Virus record (IMG/VR): IMGVR_UViG_3300021225_000362
Coordinates: 13,966 to 77,965 of that record
Length of the DNA: 64,000 bases
Reading direction: 5' to 3' (one strand)
Source of the DNA: a virus
Shown: positions 37,928 to 47,366 of the stretch, one piece after another
How the letters are laid out: each line of letters begins with the position of its first letter
Numbering within the stretch: the first letter of the stretch is position 1
Made by a program: the position numbers and the translations under genes
Notes under the pieces: model-generated
What the model was told of the DNA's origin: nothing
Seen by the model: the letters and a program-made list of their open reading frames with translations, nothing else
Database searches by the model: none

Positions 37928-38968
37928 TTGAAATATTCATTAGACATATTGGAAGACTACATTGGTAAAGGTATGGTGGTAAAACAAACACATCCAACTT
38001 TACCTTTGTCCATTTATAATTATTCTCGTACATGTCAGTATGGCAGATATTGGGATGATATAACTTTAAATTGTCGTGCGCTGATTTTGGATAATGATGG
38101 TAATGTTGTTGCCAAATCATTTCAAAAATTCTTCAATATGGAAGAATTGGAACCAAATCAAATCCCGAATGAACCATTTGAGGTATTTGAAAAAATGGAT
38201 GGTTCATTGGGTATTTTCTTCCATTACCATGGTAAATGGCACATGTCAACTAAGGGTTCCTTTACTTCTGAGCAATCAGTGAAGGGTATGCAAATAGCAA
38301 GGAAATATAACCTTGATAAAATTTGCATTCCTGGTTACACATATCTATTCGAGATAATTTATCCTGAAAATATGATATGTGTAAATTACGGTGAATCAGA
38401 AAGATTGGTGTTATTATCAATCATGGATTCTGAAGGTGTTGAAATACCATATAAAGATATTGTAGAATCGGGTGAATGGGATTTGGTGAAAAAATACGAT
38501 GGTATTTCTGATTTCTCTGTATTGAAAGGTATGATAGCAGATAATGCTGAAGGGTTTGTTGTTCGTTTCAAATCTGGAATGAGAATGAAAATCAAAAGCG
38601 AAGAATATATCAGGTTGCATGCCATAATGACAAATATTTCAACAACATCCATATGGGAGACATTATCGAATGGTGGAACTATGGAAGATATTTTGAATCT
38701 TGTACCTGATGAAGTTGCAGAAAAGGTTGTCGAAATAATTAAAGATTTGGCGATACGTTTTGATAATATTCGAAAAGATTATCTTTCATATTATGCTGAC
38801 ATAACATTAAAGATAGGAACCGAAGACAGGAAAGCGTTTGCTGAGCAAGCTCTAAGGTATAATCATTCATCAATTTTATTTTCTTTGTTAAATGGTAGAG
38901 ATATAAATCCAATTATTTGGAAAATTATTAAACCAAAATGGAGAAAAATATTCGCAACAGACAAATAA
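37928..38968 (+). CDS. RNA ligase, T4 Rnl1-like
   Basis: CRALILD, KFFN, EKMDGSLG (motif I), TKGSF, FEII, EGFVV, MKIKSEEY. Confidence 0.9.
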   Translation: MKYSLDILEDYIGKGMVVKQTHPTLPLSIYNYSRTCQYGRYWDDITLNCRALILDNDGNVVAKSFQKFFNMEELEPNQIPNEPFEVFEKMDGSLGIFFHYHGKWHMSTKGSFTSEQSVKGMQIARKYNLDKICIPGYTYLFEIIYPENMICVNYGESERLVLLSIMDSEGVEIPYKDIVESGEWDLVKKYDGISDFSVLKGMIADNAEGFVVRFKSGMRMKIKSEEYIRLHAIMTNISTTSIWETLSNGGTMEDILNLVPDEVAEKVVEIIKDLAIRFDNIRKDYLSYYADITLKIGTEDRKAFAEQALRYNHSSILFSLLNGRDINPIIWKIIKPKWRKIFATDK

Positions 38969-38974
38969 TATAAA

Positions 38975-39310
38975 ATGAAAATTGTTTATGCATTGTTATT
39001 AAGTTTACTTGCACAAGTAATTTCTTTTGTGCAGTTACAAGGACAGATGATATGGAAATTCCCCAAAGAAAATCCATATATTATGATGTTTTTGGGATTA
39101 CCAATATCCTTAATTTTTATAAGGACAACAAAAATTTTCAATGAACAATTTGATGCAAATTGGCCTGGCAGATTGATTGGATTTGGTGTAGGTGTCATAG
39201 TGTTTACCATAATGAGTTGGTTGATGTTTAACGAACACCCAACACCCAAAACAATAACTTGTTTGGTTCTTGCATTCACAATTGTTTTGTTACAAATATT
39301 TTGGAAATAA
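38975..39310 (+). CDS. Small 4-TM membrane protein (SMR/DMT-like)
   Basis: Four hydrophobic helices in 111 aa. Confidence 0.6.
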   Translation: MKIVYALLLSLLAQVISFVQLQGQMIWKFPKENPYIMMFLGLPISLIFIRTTKIFNEQFDANWPGRLIGFGVGVIVFTIMSWLMFNEHPTPKTITCLVLAFTIVLLQIFWK

Positions 39311-39323
39311 AAAAAACAAAGCC

Positions 39324-39641
39324 ATGATTATCGCAATTGCAATTTGTGTGTTAATTATTATGATTGTTATTGAATTATTAATCACATGGATATGTGGTAA
39401 TTTCATCAAAGAAGAGATAGTAACCAAGTATTTAGATGAAAAAGAAGATGAATTCCGTCTTAATTTTTTTTCGGATAGTATTATTCAAAATCCGAATGAT
39501 GTAACATTTATTACCAACCATCCAGGATTATCATTTTTTTCAGAATATTATGTTTATGGTATAGGTAGAGTTTACAGATGGTCAGAAGGTCACAGAAGGA
39601 TTGAAAAATTATTTGAAGAATTAAAAAATAAAAACTCATGA
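39324..39641 (+). CDS. Membrane-anchored hypothetical protein
   Basis: MIIAIAICVLII... within the track ORF 39270..39641. Confidence 0.55.
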   Translation: MIIAIAICVLIIMIVIELLITWICGNFIKEEIVTKYLDEKEDEFRLNFFSDSIIQNPNDVTFITNHPGLSFFSEYYVYGIGRVYRWSEGHRRIEKLFEELKNKNS

Positions 39642-39901
39642 AAGAAAAAATTTTTACCCAACTTGGTTTCAATAAAGAAATTGTTACCAAAGAAGAATCA
39701 GGTGGTAAAAGTGGTTATTACTATTACAGTATCGACATTGGTGACATAACCTTATTATCATGTGCAAATGATGAACTTGATAAAGGTGAGTGGTATTGTA
39801 AAATTTTGGACTATAATTCTATCGTTATTAAATCTGAAAAACATTTGGTATCTTTAATTGAGACATTGAAATCTTGTTTGGTAATAAAGAAAAAAAATTA
39901 A
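39638..39901 (+). CDS. Hypothetical protein
   Basis: 87 aa coupled ORF. Confidence 0.6.
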   Translation: MKEKIFTQLGFNKEIVTKEESGGKSGYYYYSIDIGDITLLSCANDELDKGEWYCKILDYNSIVIKSEKHLVSLIETLKSCLVIKKKN

Positions 39902-39902
39902 C

Positions 39903-40154
39903 ATGTCCAATCTTGAATATTTCAAAAAAGAATTGGAACCATTTAAAAACACATTAGTTATTTTAAATTTCGAAATCGTTAATCTTATTGATGTGGTTGA
40001 AGATGATGACGATTGTTATTGGGTTGTAGATAATTCTAACGTAACAAATCTTGTTTCATGTGTTATTGGTTGGTATCCTTTAAAAAATAAAATTGATGAT
40101 TACCAAAAATTGGTAAACAAATGGAATTTATTTTCAACAATAAAAGCAGAATAA
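39903..40154 (+). CDS. Hypothetical protein
   Basis: 83 aa ORF. Confidence 0.55.
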   Translation: MSNLEYFKKELEPFKNTLVILNFEIVNLIDVVEDDDDCYWVVDNSNVTNLVSCVIGWYPLKNKIDDYQKLVNKWNLFSTIKAE

Positions 40155-40206
40155 CATGGGGAGAGTGTGGCGTTGGTCTGAATCAAACAAATTCATTAAG
40201 AATTAA

Positions 40207-40452
40207 TTGAAAAGACGGTGCAAAATGATAACAATAAATAATACAAATATGAAACAATGTAAATGTTGCGGTAGAGAAATGGAATTAAGATTGGGTTATT
40301 GTTTTGACTGCGTTGAGTCCGAGTCAATAATCAAAGATGGTGTTGATATGTACGATAAGGAAATACCAATCAAAGAAGGTTTAACCGAAGGAATGTCAAG
40401 ACTTCAACACATTTTAAGAAAATATATAAAACATGGCACAGCAAATATTTAG
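40207..40452 (+). CDS. Small Zn-ribbon protein
   Basis: CKCCG...GYCFDC; start codon uncertain. Confidence 0.5.
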   Translation: MKRRCKMITINNTNMKQCKCCGREMELRLGYCFDCVESESIIKDGVDMYDKEIPIKEGLTEGMSRLQHILRKYIKHGTANI

Positions 40453-40645
40453 TGTAAAAGAAAAATTACCAAACGTTGAACATGGAAGTTTTTTGGTTTA
40501 CGCACCAAAAAGTTTTCCAAAAAACAGTCGTTGGTTAGTGGCAGAATATTACGATGACGTTAAAGGATTTTATAGTGAATCGTCTGAAAATTTTTTAGAT
40601 GATGTGACACATTGGACAACACTTCCTGATGAACCAATAAATTAA
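40433..40645 (+). CDS. DUF551-like protein
   Basis: SVKEKLP...VTHWTTLPDEP. Confidence 0.7.
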   Translation: MAQQIFSVKEKLPNVEHGSFLVYAPKSFPKNSRWLVAEYYDDVKGFYSESSENFLDDVTHWTTLPDEPIN

Positions 40646-40653
40646 ATATACAC

Positions 40654-40977
40654 ATGGCACAACAAAAACTATACACAGAAGAGCAAGTACTTGGGTTTCT
40701 TAATTTTTATGAATCTGCAAATCCAAGAGAGTATGGTGGTTACCAACACCCAACTATGGATGGGTCAGAACGCTTACATAACAACCAAACAACTAAGAAT
40801 ATACTCAACGCATATACAAATAGTATAACTCCAATAGAACTACCAAGTGATGAGGAGATAAATGAATTTTCGCCATACGTTCCTCAAGATGCAAGTATAG
40901 ATTTTTGGGCAAACAAAGAGGGTTTTATTGAAGGTGCTAAGTGGTTGAGAGATAAAATACAAGGAGGTAACAAATGA
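40654..40977 (+). CDS. Hypothetical protein (LYTEEQV / ELPSDEEI type)
   Basis: 107 aa; FIEGAKWLRDKIQGG. Confidence 0.6.
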   Translation: MAQQKLYTEEQVLGFLNFYESANPREYGGYQHPTMDGSERLHNNQTTKNILNAYTNSITPIELPSDEEINEFSPYVPQDASIDFWANKEGFIEGAKWLRDKIQGGNK

Positions 40978-41246
40978 ACAATATTCAAAGTAGCGATGAC
41001 TACATGGAATCAGTAGCCGAAGAATTAAGACTTAACGGAGTTGAAAAGGTAGTAGTGAATGGAGGCACAATAAATGTAATGTCATTAGGTGTTTCAATGC
41101 GTTATGATTATATTTACAAACCAGATGTAATGTCTGATGTTTATAGATGTTTGAGTAATTTAGGGCTAAAAATACACAATGAACATTTAAATAATAAATT
41201 GCATTCATTAAAATCTTTTGAACAATTGCAAATACTAAACAAATAA
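40974..41246 (+). CDS. Hypothetical protein
   Basis: 90 aa coupled ORF. Confidence 0.5.
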   Translation: MNNIQSSDDYMESVAEELRLNGVEKVVVNGGTINVMSLGVSMRYDYIYKPDVMSDVYRCLSNLGLKIHNEHLNNKLHSLKSFEQLQILNK

Positions 41247-41247
41247 C

Positions 41248-41484
41248 ATGGCACAGCAAACGGCAGTTGAATGGTTATACAGTCATTTATTCCCTAAACA
41301 ATTGGATGGATTTAGTGATGAAGAATGGGGTAAAATTGATAAAGCATTTGAACAAGCCAAAAAAATTGAGAAGGAGCAGATAAAAAAATCATGGTTTGAT
41401 TCTACTTTACAGTTTGACAATGCAGCAAGTATTGATAAAAAAGAATTTGAACAATACTACAACGAAACATATGGAACAGAATAA
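41248..41484 (+). CDS. TAVEW-family paralog
   Basis: MAQQTAVEWLY...EQAKKIEKEQI...YYNETYGTE. Confidence 0.7.
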   Translation: MAQQTAVEWLYSHLFPKQLDGFSDEEWGKIDKAFEQAKKIEKEQIKKSWFDSTLQFDNAASIDKKEFEQYYNETYGTE

Positions 41485-41731
41485 CATGACAGCTGTTGAA
41501 TGGTTTTTTGAAGTATTGGCACACAATGATATTATTGACCATAAAAGGCTTTGTGTTGATGAAAACCTTTATAATCTATTGTACTCATTGAAAAACCAAG
41601 CAAAACAAATGGAGAGAGAGCAGCACAATGAAACATGGTTAACTGCTCAAGAAGAAAGTTTACATGAAAATTATTTTGGTAGGTCAAGACTATTTTTAGA
41701 ATATTTCAAAGAAACATATGAACGAAAATAA
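41471..41731 (+). CDS. TAVEW-family paralog
   Basis: MEQNNMTAVEWFF...QAKQMEREQ...YFKETYERK. Confidence 0.7.
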   Translation: MEQNNMTAVEWFFEVLAHNDIIDHKRLCVDENLYNLLYSLKNQAKQMEREQHNETWLTAQEESLHENYFGRSRLFLEYFKETYERK

Positions 41732-41948
41732 ACAGCAAACAGCAATGAATGAACTTTTGGTGTGGGTTCGGAAAACTTTACCAATGGACTTGGATTATCC
41801 AAGGATGATTGAAGATAAGATTGAATCATTAATACCAAAAGAGAAGGAGCAGATATGCGATGCTTTTGACAAAGGGAAATGGGATACAATGGCTTTTAAA
41901 GGAACATTAAAAGAACAATACTACAATCAAACTTATGGCACAGACTAA
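41718..41948 (+). CDS. TAVEW-family paralog (divergent)
   Basis: MNENKQQTAMNEL...KEKEQICDAF...YYNQTYGTD. Confidence 0.7.
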   Translation: MNENKQQTAMNELLVWVRKTLPMDLDYPRMIEDKIESLIPKEKEQICDAFDKGKWDTMAFKGTLKEQYYNQTYGTD

Positions 41949-42396
41949 CATGACGGCAGTTGAATGGTATGCTAAAGAACACCACAAACTTTTGATTCAA
42001 CTGGAGAATAAGGAATTAAGTTTAGGAGCATATGTTGTAAAGCACTCTGATATTCTAAAACAAGCCAAACAAATGGAGGCAGAACAAAAGAAACTGCTTA
42101 CAGAAATAATGGAAGCAGACCAAAAAAGTGGGTTGTATGAAGACCATATTGGTGACACCAACAAAATGGTCACGGCAGTTGAATGGTTCATAGATGCAAT
42201 TACAGAAAGTGGTCATCTGTGGATGACAGATAAGCCAAACGATATGTTAGAGCTTGCTAAATTTATTGAACAAGCCAAACAAATGGAGAAGAGGCAAATA
42301 GTAAAAGCATATAATGCATATTACAGCGAAAAAACGTTTATAGATGGGGATTATCTGAAAGGAGAAGAGTATTATAATCAAACATATGGAAAATAA
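41935..42396 (+). CDS. TAVEW-family protein with two tandem domains
   Basis: MTAVEWY...QAKQME and MVTAVEWF...QAKQMEK...YYNQTYGK. Confidence 0.7.
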   Translation: MAQTNMTAVEWYAKEHHKLLIQLENKELSLGAYVVKHSDILKQAKQMEAEQKKLLTEIMEADQKSGLYEDHIGDTNKMVTAVEWFIDAITESGHLWMTDKPNDMLELAKFIEQAKQMEKRQIVKAYNAYYSEKTFIDGDYLKGEEYYNQTYGK

Positions 42397-42838
42397 GCAG
42401 ACGGCAGTAGAATGGTTTGCAAAAGAGATAAACAATATGAATGTTTCAAGAGAAGCAACATTGTTTATTAATAAATTAAAGGACCAAGCCAAAAAAATGG
42501 AGTATGAACAAAACAAAGTCACTGAAGATACTTCAGATGGTTACCATACATTCAAGGAACTCTATGATTTCCGCATGCTTTACAATGCTGCACTCTTTAA
42601 TGAATGGGCATTGCAAAACAAATATGAAGTTCATAAGAGTTGGTTACATCATGATGGTGAACTCTGTCTTGGTGGCGGTTGGTTCATTGTTGTGGCAATA
42701 TTACCAACAGGACAAATAAGTAATCACTATAGTGCAGAATATTGGGATTTGTTCAAGATTCCTGAAACAGTAAAAGCATTGTATCCTTTTGACGGACATA
42801 CTTCACAAGACGTTTTAAACAGATTGAAAAATTTATGA
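42386..42838 (+). CDS. TAVEW domain fused to an SDGYHTF/DGH phage domain
   Basis: QTAVEWF...QAKKME + TSDGYHTFKELYDFR...WFIVVAILPTGQISNHY...FDGHTSQDVLNRL. Confidence 0.7.
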   Translation: MENKQTAVEWFAKEINNMNVSREATLFINKLKDQAKKMEYEQNKVTEDTSDGYHTFKELYDFRMLYNAALFNEWALQNKYEVHKSWLHHDGELCLGGGWFIVVAILPTGQISNHYSAEYWDLFKIPETVKALYPFDGHTSQDVLNRLKNL

Positions 42839-43056
42839 AACAAATTGAAACAAAAACGCATTATTGGTTTTTCAAAAAAACTAATGACAGGTACGATTAC
42901 TATTTCATAAGGTCAATGACAGAAGGACTTGACAAAGTGAATTGGTTTATAGGTTATGAGAATAGTTTCGGTTTAGTATCATCCGTTGGTGGACCAATAA
43001 CAGAAGAGAAACAGAAAGAACTTGAAAGTGAATTTCAATTAGAATTGAAAAAATAA
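42835..43056 (+). CDS. Hypothetical protein
   Basis: 73 aa coupled ORF. Confidence 0.55.
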   Translation: MKQIETKTHYWFFKKTNDRYDYYFIRSMTEGLDKVNWFIGYENSFGLVSSVGGPITEEKQKELESEFQLELKK

Positions 43057-43060
43057 AATT

Positions 43061-43309
43061 ATGATAGAATATATCATCATATACGTTATCAGTGCAATCG
43101 GGACTTATTTCGGGATACATAAAACACATTCAAAAGGAGGTTCGTTTGACAGTATAAATCCTTCATTTGCGGATTTAATATTTACATTCTTACCTATTGT
43201 CAACACTGGCTTTGCTCTAATTTATTTTTGTGGTTGGGTAATTTACAAGATTGATAAAATATTCCATTCAGGTGATTTTATATCAAATTTCTTTCGTATC
43301 AAAAAATAA
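43061..43309 (+). CDS. Small membrane protein
   Basis: Hydrophobic; FLPIVNT. Confidence 0.55.
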   Translation: MIEYIIIYVISAIGTYFGIHKTHSKGGSFDSINPSFADLIFTFLPIVNTGFALIYFCGWVIYKIDKIFHSGDFISNFFRIKK

Positions 43310-43403
43310 AACAAATTATAGTGTTATAACAAAAGTATCCACATTTTCATGTGATTTTTTTTATTGAATTAATTACTTACATTTACCTTAAACTTCAAAT
43401 ATC

Positions 43404-44213
43404 ATGAAAGTAAACATGGAAAGTTTGCTCAAAGAGCAAAAACAGAAAGACCAAGCGATTCTGAACAGCGACCCTGTTAAGGATGTGAAACTTCTTTTAG
43501 AGGGAGATTCACAGGAAGACCTCAGAATCCTTCGTAATCTATCCAATTCATCGCAATTGTCTCAGGTTGAAACAATTAGGGGGAGACAGATTGAGTTGGA
43601 GAATTTGGAGAAAAATTATGTGGGTGATGTCTATACCATTGACCAAATTAAAAAATTGTGTATAGATTATCATTTGAGATTTCTCTCATCAAATTTATAC
43701 ACAGGTTCATTTGATGTAGAACTTACTTCAAAGTTGAAACAATTTTCAGCAGATGCGAAAGTTGAGTTGAATGAATGGAACTTAAAGAATAAGTTCTTCA
43801 TTATGGCTCCGCAAGAAATGTTTCAATTAAGAGATGAAAAATATCTCACAAAGAGACAATTGGACCCTGTTATCTTTTATAAAATTAATGACACCCATTA
43901 CAGAATGGTTCACAAGTGGGGCAATGATTTTACCATTTTCAGATTGATTGATGGTTTCAGGTGGAAATCATGGTGGAATTATCAATTATTCAATACATTC
44001 ATGTTAATGCCGATTTTTGGGTTAATCATTGGTTTGTTTTCCGATATTCATGATATAACACACCGTACAATCCTCATACCAACATTAATCACGATTTTTT
44101 CATTTATTTCAGCTTATTTCATTTTTGCTTTCGAAAAACATGATGAAGGTGAAGAAATTCATGGATTTTTCAGCAATAACAATTGGTGTTCAGAATCAAA
44201 ATTAAAAAGATAA
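43404..44213 (+). CDS. Conserved membrane-associated protein
   Basis: 269 aa; YHLRFL, DPVIFY, HKWGNDF, C-terminal TM pair; TACATTTA promoter upstream. Confidence 0.65.
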   Translation: MKVNMESLLKEQKQKDQAILNSDPVKDVKLLLEGDSQEDLRILRNLSNSSQLSQVETIRGRQIELENLEKNYVGDVYTIDQIKKLCIDYHLRFLSSNLYTGSFDVELTSKLKQFSADAKVELNEWNLKNKFFIMAPQEMFQLRDEKYLTKRQLDPVIFYKINDTHYRMVHKWGNDFTIFRLIDGFRWKSWWNYQLFNTFMLMPIFGLIIGLFSDIHDITHRTILIPTLITIFSFISAYFIFAFEKHDEGEEIHGFFSNNNWCSESKLKR

Positions 44214-44497
44214 TGAAAAAGGTAATCATTCTCGGATTTTTTGTTTCAATGGTTTTTTTGTCATATTCATCAATAAAATTCGTTGTGTATCTATTTTCGG
44301 ATGACATGGAAATTGAATATGTTGAAAAAGAAAATCATCTCACATATTTAGAAGAGGAAAAGAGAAATATCCAACATAAGAGTGACCATCATGTTCATGA
44401 ATTTATCGATTTAAGATATACCTATATCAAGAAAAATTTTGGTTGGGACATGAAGATTGATACATTGGGTACATCTACTTATTATGAAAAAAATTAG
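44213..44497 (+). CDS. Membrane-anchored hypothetical protein
   Basis: MKKVIILGFFVSMVF... within the track ORF 44183..44497. Confidence 0.55.
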   Translation: MKKVIILGFFVSMVFLSYSSIKFVVYLFSDDMEIEYVEKENHLTYLEEEKRNIQHKSDHHVHEFIDLRYTYIKKNFGWDMKIDTLGTSTYYEKN

Positions 44498-44502
44498 TAG
44501 TT

Positions 44503-44715
44503 ATGTCGAATGAATATCCATATGACATGATGGATAACGATGAAAGATTTAAGATATTTGCATCGAAAGAGCAAGTAAATAGATTTCATCTTTGTAGTGG
44601 TGAAGTTGTTAACGGTGTATTCGTATCTTCGGATACACTGTTAACAAATGCCACAATATCCGATTGTTACGCTATGATTCAACTCATTGAAAAAGGTTAC
44701 CTACTAAATTTGTAA
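44503..44715 (+). CDS. Hypothetical protein
   Basis: 70 aa ORF. Confidence 0.55.
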   Translation: MSNEYPYDMMDNDERFKIFASKEQVNRFHLCSGEVVNGVFVSSDTLLTNATISDCYAMIQLIEKGYLLNL

Positions 44716-44717
44716 AG

Positions 44718-44939
44718 ATGGTAGTATCAGAGTTAATTGAAATTTTGCAAAAACTTGACCCTGATTTAAGAGTTTTTGTTCAAGGTTATGAATCAGGTTT
44801 CGATGATATTAAAATATCTGATGAAACCAATTTTTCGTTGTATATTAACGAAGAATGGTACTATGGACCACATGAGAAGGATAAAAACGGACCGATTAAA
44901 GGTATTGTACTCGAAAGAGCAAGAAATAAAAATAATTAA
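44718..44939 (+). CDS. Conserved small phage protein
   Basis: MVVSELIEILQKLDPDLRVFVQGYESGFDD. Confidence 0.65.
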   Translation: MVVSELIEILQKLDPDLRVFVQGYESGFDDIKISDETNFSLYINEEWYYGPHEKDKNGPIKGIVLERARNKNN

Positions 44940-44950
44940 TGATTTGAATT

Positions 44951-45124
44951 ATGAATAATCATTTTTCACCACATTTTAATTTATTCTTTGATGAATTGGG
45001 TTCAGAGGTGACAACAACATATGAAATCGTTAATACAGATAATATATTTGATAAAGTTGTTAATACTGTCATAAGAGAGGAGTTTGCACAATTGGGTACG
45101 GAAATAACACGAATTAATAGATGA
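44951..45124 (+). CDS. Array ORF 1 (not in track)
   Basis: MNNHFSPHFNLFFDELG...EFAQLGTEITRINR*. Confidence 0.55.
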   Translation: MNNHFSPHFNLFFDELGSEVTTTYEIVNTDNIFDKVVNTVIREEFAQLGTEITRINR

Positions 45125-45321
45125 AAAATAAAAAATATAAAATGGAATCATTTGTTAGATATTTTTACGGAATCAACCCAAGAGTAGAAAACGAAAAACA
45201 TATTAACGAAAAACAATTTATACGTGCATTTGATAATTTTAATAATGAATATAATACATTAAGTGATTTAAATATAGAAATAAAACGACTAACAGATGAC
45301 ATTAATAAGAGACGACATTGA
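45121..45321 (+). CDS. Array ORF 2
   Basis: ...LSDLNIEIKRLTDDINKRRH*. Confidence 0.55.
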   Translation: MKNKKYKMESFVRYFYGINPRVENEKHINEKQFIRAFDNFNNEYNTLSDLNIEIKRLTDDINKRRH

Positions 45322-45466
45322 AAAATTCTTTTTAGAGTTTTTTCAGAACAAACATCAATCATCAATGGACGAAATGTTTATTGATGATTTTGAATTTTTA
45401 TACAATGATTTATCAGATATGTCAACTGAAATTGACATCATATTAGACAATCGAATTTATGAATGA
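45296..45466 (+). CDS. Array ORF 3 (not in track)
   Basis: MTLIRDDIEKFF...DLSDMSTEIDIILDNRIYE*. Confidence 0.55.
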   Translation: MTLIRDDIEKFFLEFFQNKHQSSMDEMFIDDFEFLYNDLSDMSTEIDIILDNRIYE

Positions 45467-45647
45467 ACACATTGACATGGAAGGACTTATTGAGAATAAT
45501 ATGCCATTTATAGACAGCACATCAGAAAGAGAATTAACTTATAATATGGTGATGTTGTTTATGAAAAATGATAAAGAAAGAGTGATGAGGTGGAGATTAA
45601 ATGCGGAATTTCGTGATATAGAAACAGAAATAACCAATTTAATATGA
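45459..45647 (+). CDS. Array ORF 4
   Basis: MNEHID...EFRDIETEITNLI*. Confidence 0.6.
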   Translation: MNEHIDMEGLIENNMPFIDSTSERELTYNMVMLFMKNDKERVMRWRLNAEFRDIETEITNLI

Positions 45648-45853
45648 GTATGTTATTTAATTTTAAACTATCATTACATAATTTTGATATTGATGTAAAA
45701 TCAGATAGATTTTTACTTTATGATAGAACTTTGAATAATGCATACAATGATGTTTTTGATGAACTCGTTGAATTGGAGGATGAAATTGGTCAGTTTGGGA
45801 TAAAAATGAATCAAAAATCAGTTGGAAAAAAATTTTCGTTGGAAAATTCATGA
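45644..45853 (+). CDS. Array ORF 5
   Basis: ...DELVELEDEIGQF... Confidence 0.55.
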   Translation: MSMLFNFKLSLHNFDIDVKSDRFLLYDRTLNNAYNDVFDELVELEDEIGQFGIKMNQKSVGKKFSLENS

Positions 45854-46020
45854 AACACATAAAACTTGATGAAGAATTTTTTGAACCTCATAGTGAATTT
45901 ACTACTATGTTAGTGTCATTAAATGGGGTTACAAATACAAACATAAGGACAAATGAAGAAACAGAAGAATTTTTTACTGTAATTATGGAATTACATAGTT
46001 TAATAAATAGTTTATCGTAA
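45850..46020 (+). CDS. Array ORF 6 (not in track)
   Basis: MKHIKLDEEFF...IMELHSLINSLS*. Confidence 0.55.
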   Translation: MKHIKLDEEFFEPHSEFTTMLVSLNGVTNTNIRTNEETEEFFTVIMELHSLINSLS

Positions 46021-46022
46021 AC

Positions 46023-46211
46023 ATGGAATATCAAGAACAGAGAAATGACGCAGAATTTTGGCGTTCTCATTATGAATTAAAAGAATCAATCAATAACTAT
46101 TTATATGATTTTTTTATTAGTACAAATGAAAATTCATTTAATGACCAATTTCCTGAATTTAGGCGTTTAGAATTAGAAATATCATACTTTCTATCAAAAA
46201 AACATCCATGA
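46023..46211 (+). CDS. Array ORF 7
   Basis: ...EFRRLELEISYFL... Confidence 0.55.
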   Translation: MEYQEQRNDAEFWRSHYELKESINNYLYDFFISTNENSFNDQFPEFRRLELEISYFLSKKHP

Positions 46212-46423
46212 CCAAAATTACTGAAGAATTATCAGAATCAATGAATTCGGTAATCATCAGACCAATACATGATGAACTGATTTATTTTAAAATAAGTAAT
46301 AATATTATTCTTCGTGACTCAGATTGGAATGAATTATTTAATATAATGGAAGATTTAAAAATACAGACAGATGAATTATTTATGGATGAAAAAATAAAAT
46401 CAATTTTGAATGCGAATAGATAA
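46208..46423 (+). CDS. Array ORF 8
   Basis: ...MEDLKIQTDELF... Confidence 0.55.
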   Translation: MTKITEELSESMNSVIIRPIHDELIYFKISNNIILRDSDWNELFNIMEDLKIQTDELFMDEKIKSILNANR

Positions 46424-46595
46424 GACATTTATTGACATAAATCGTTTTGATAATTTTATCGTTGACCATCTACAAATTTTTATGAAAACCAATTCTGATA
46501 TTTTTAACAATGATGTTTTTCAATCATTTACAAATTTGTGCGTTGATTTTAGGGAACTTCGAAGTGAAAATGATAATTTAATACCCAATGTTTAA
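46410..46595 (+). CDS. Array ORF 9
   Basis: ...DFRELRSENDNLI... Confidence 0.55.
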   Translation: MRIDKTFIDINRFDNFIVDHLQIFMKTNSDIFNNDVFQSFTNLCVDFRELRSENDNLIPNV

Positions 46596-46776
46596 AAATA
46601 ATAGTGAAGACTTTCAAGTGTTTTATACCTCATTTATTAAAGAATTAGAATATAATATAGGTTGTGGTATGCGTAATGGATTGACAATAGAAATCGATAA
46701 CAATTTTCAAACCAATGAAATGTATGAAGGTTTATACAGTGAAATTAATGATTTAATTAATGAAGAAATGAAATAA
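46588..46776 (+). CDS. Array ORF 10
   Basis: ...YEGLYSEINDLINEEMK*. Confidence 0.6.
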   Translation: MFKNNSEDFQVFYTSFIKELEYNIGCGMRNGLTIEIDNNFQTNEMYEGLYSEINDLINEEMK

Positions 46777-46787
46777 AATCCATTTAT

Positions 46788-46967
46788 ATGAAAAATTCAA
46801 GGTCAATACATTCAACATTGATTAATTTCGATAACAAACTATATTATGGAATACAAAATTATATTCATTTAGAAATAGATTGGGAATTACACAAGAAAAT
46901 TAATGAAATTTTAAATATTGATTTGGAACCATTGCAAGATTTGTTGGATGATTTAATAGATTATTAA
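46788..46967 (+). CDS. Array ORF 11 (not in track)
   Basis: MKNSRSIH...DLEPLQDLLDDLIDY*. Confidence 0.55.
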   Translation: MKNSRSIHSTLINFDNKLYYGIQNYIHLEIDWELHKKINEILNIDLEPLQDLLDDLIDY

Positions 46968-46992
46968 TCAGATATAAAAATTTGAAAAAACT

Positions 46993-47190
46993 ATGTACAA
47001 TTCTATCTTACGTGACATTACACAGAAGTTGTTTGAAACAATGACAAACCCAAAACATAAAGAAATTGAATCTATTGCGTACACAATTAAAAGATATGTT
47101 GAATTAAAACGAGATTTATATGTTTCTCCTGATTCAGAAATGGATGAATTAACCGATGCAATTGATGAACTATACAAAATCAAAAAATGA
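46993..47190 (+). CDS. Array ORF 12
   Basis: ...EMDELTDAIDELY... Confidence 0.55.
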   Translation: MYNSILRDITQKLFETMTNPKHKEIESIAYTIKRYVELKRDLYVSPDSEMDELTDAIDELYKIKK

Positions 47191-47366
47191 ATAACAGATT
47201 TTCAATACATCACTCAATAAATACATTTGACACCGATTTTTTTAGAAAAGGGAATTTCGTCCCAATTTACGAAGACGATGTTATGAATAAAGTAAAAGAA
47301 GAAATGTCGATGTTAGATTTTCATCCATTGGATGATGAAATAGACAAATTTATTGACCATGAATAA
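47187..47366 (+). CDS. Array ORF 13 (not in track)
   Basis: MNNRF...DFHPLDDEIDKFIDHE*. Confidence 0.6.
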   Translation: MNNRFSIHHSINTFDTDFFRKGNFVPIYEDDVMNKVKEEMSMLDFHPLDDEIDKFIDHE

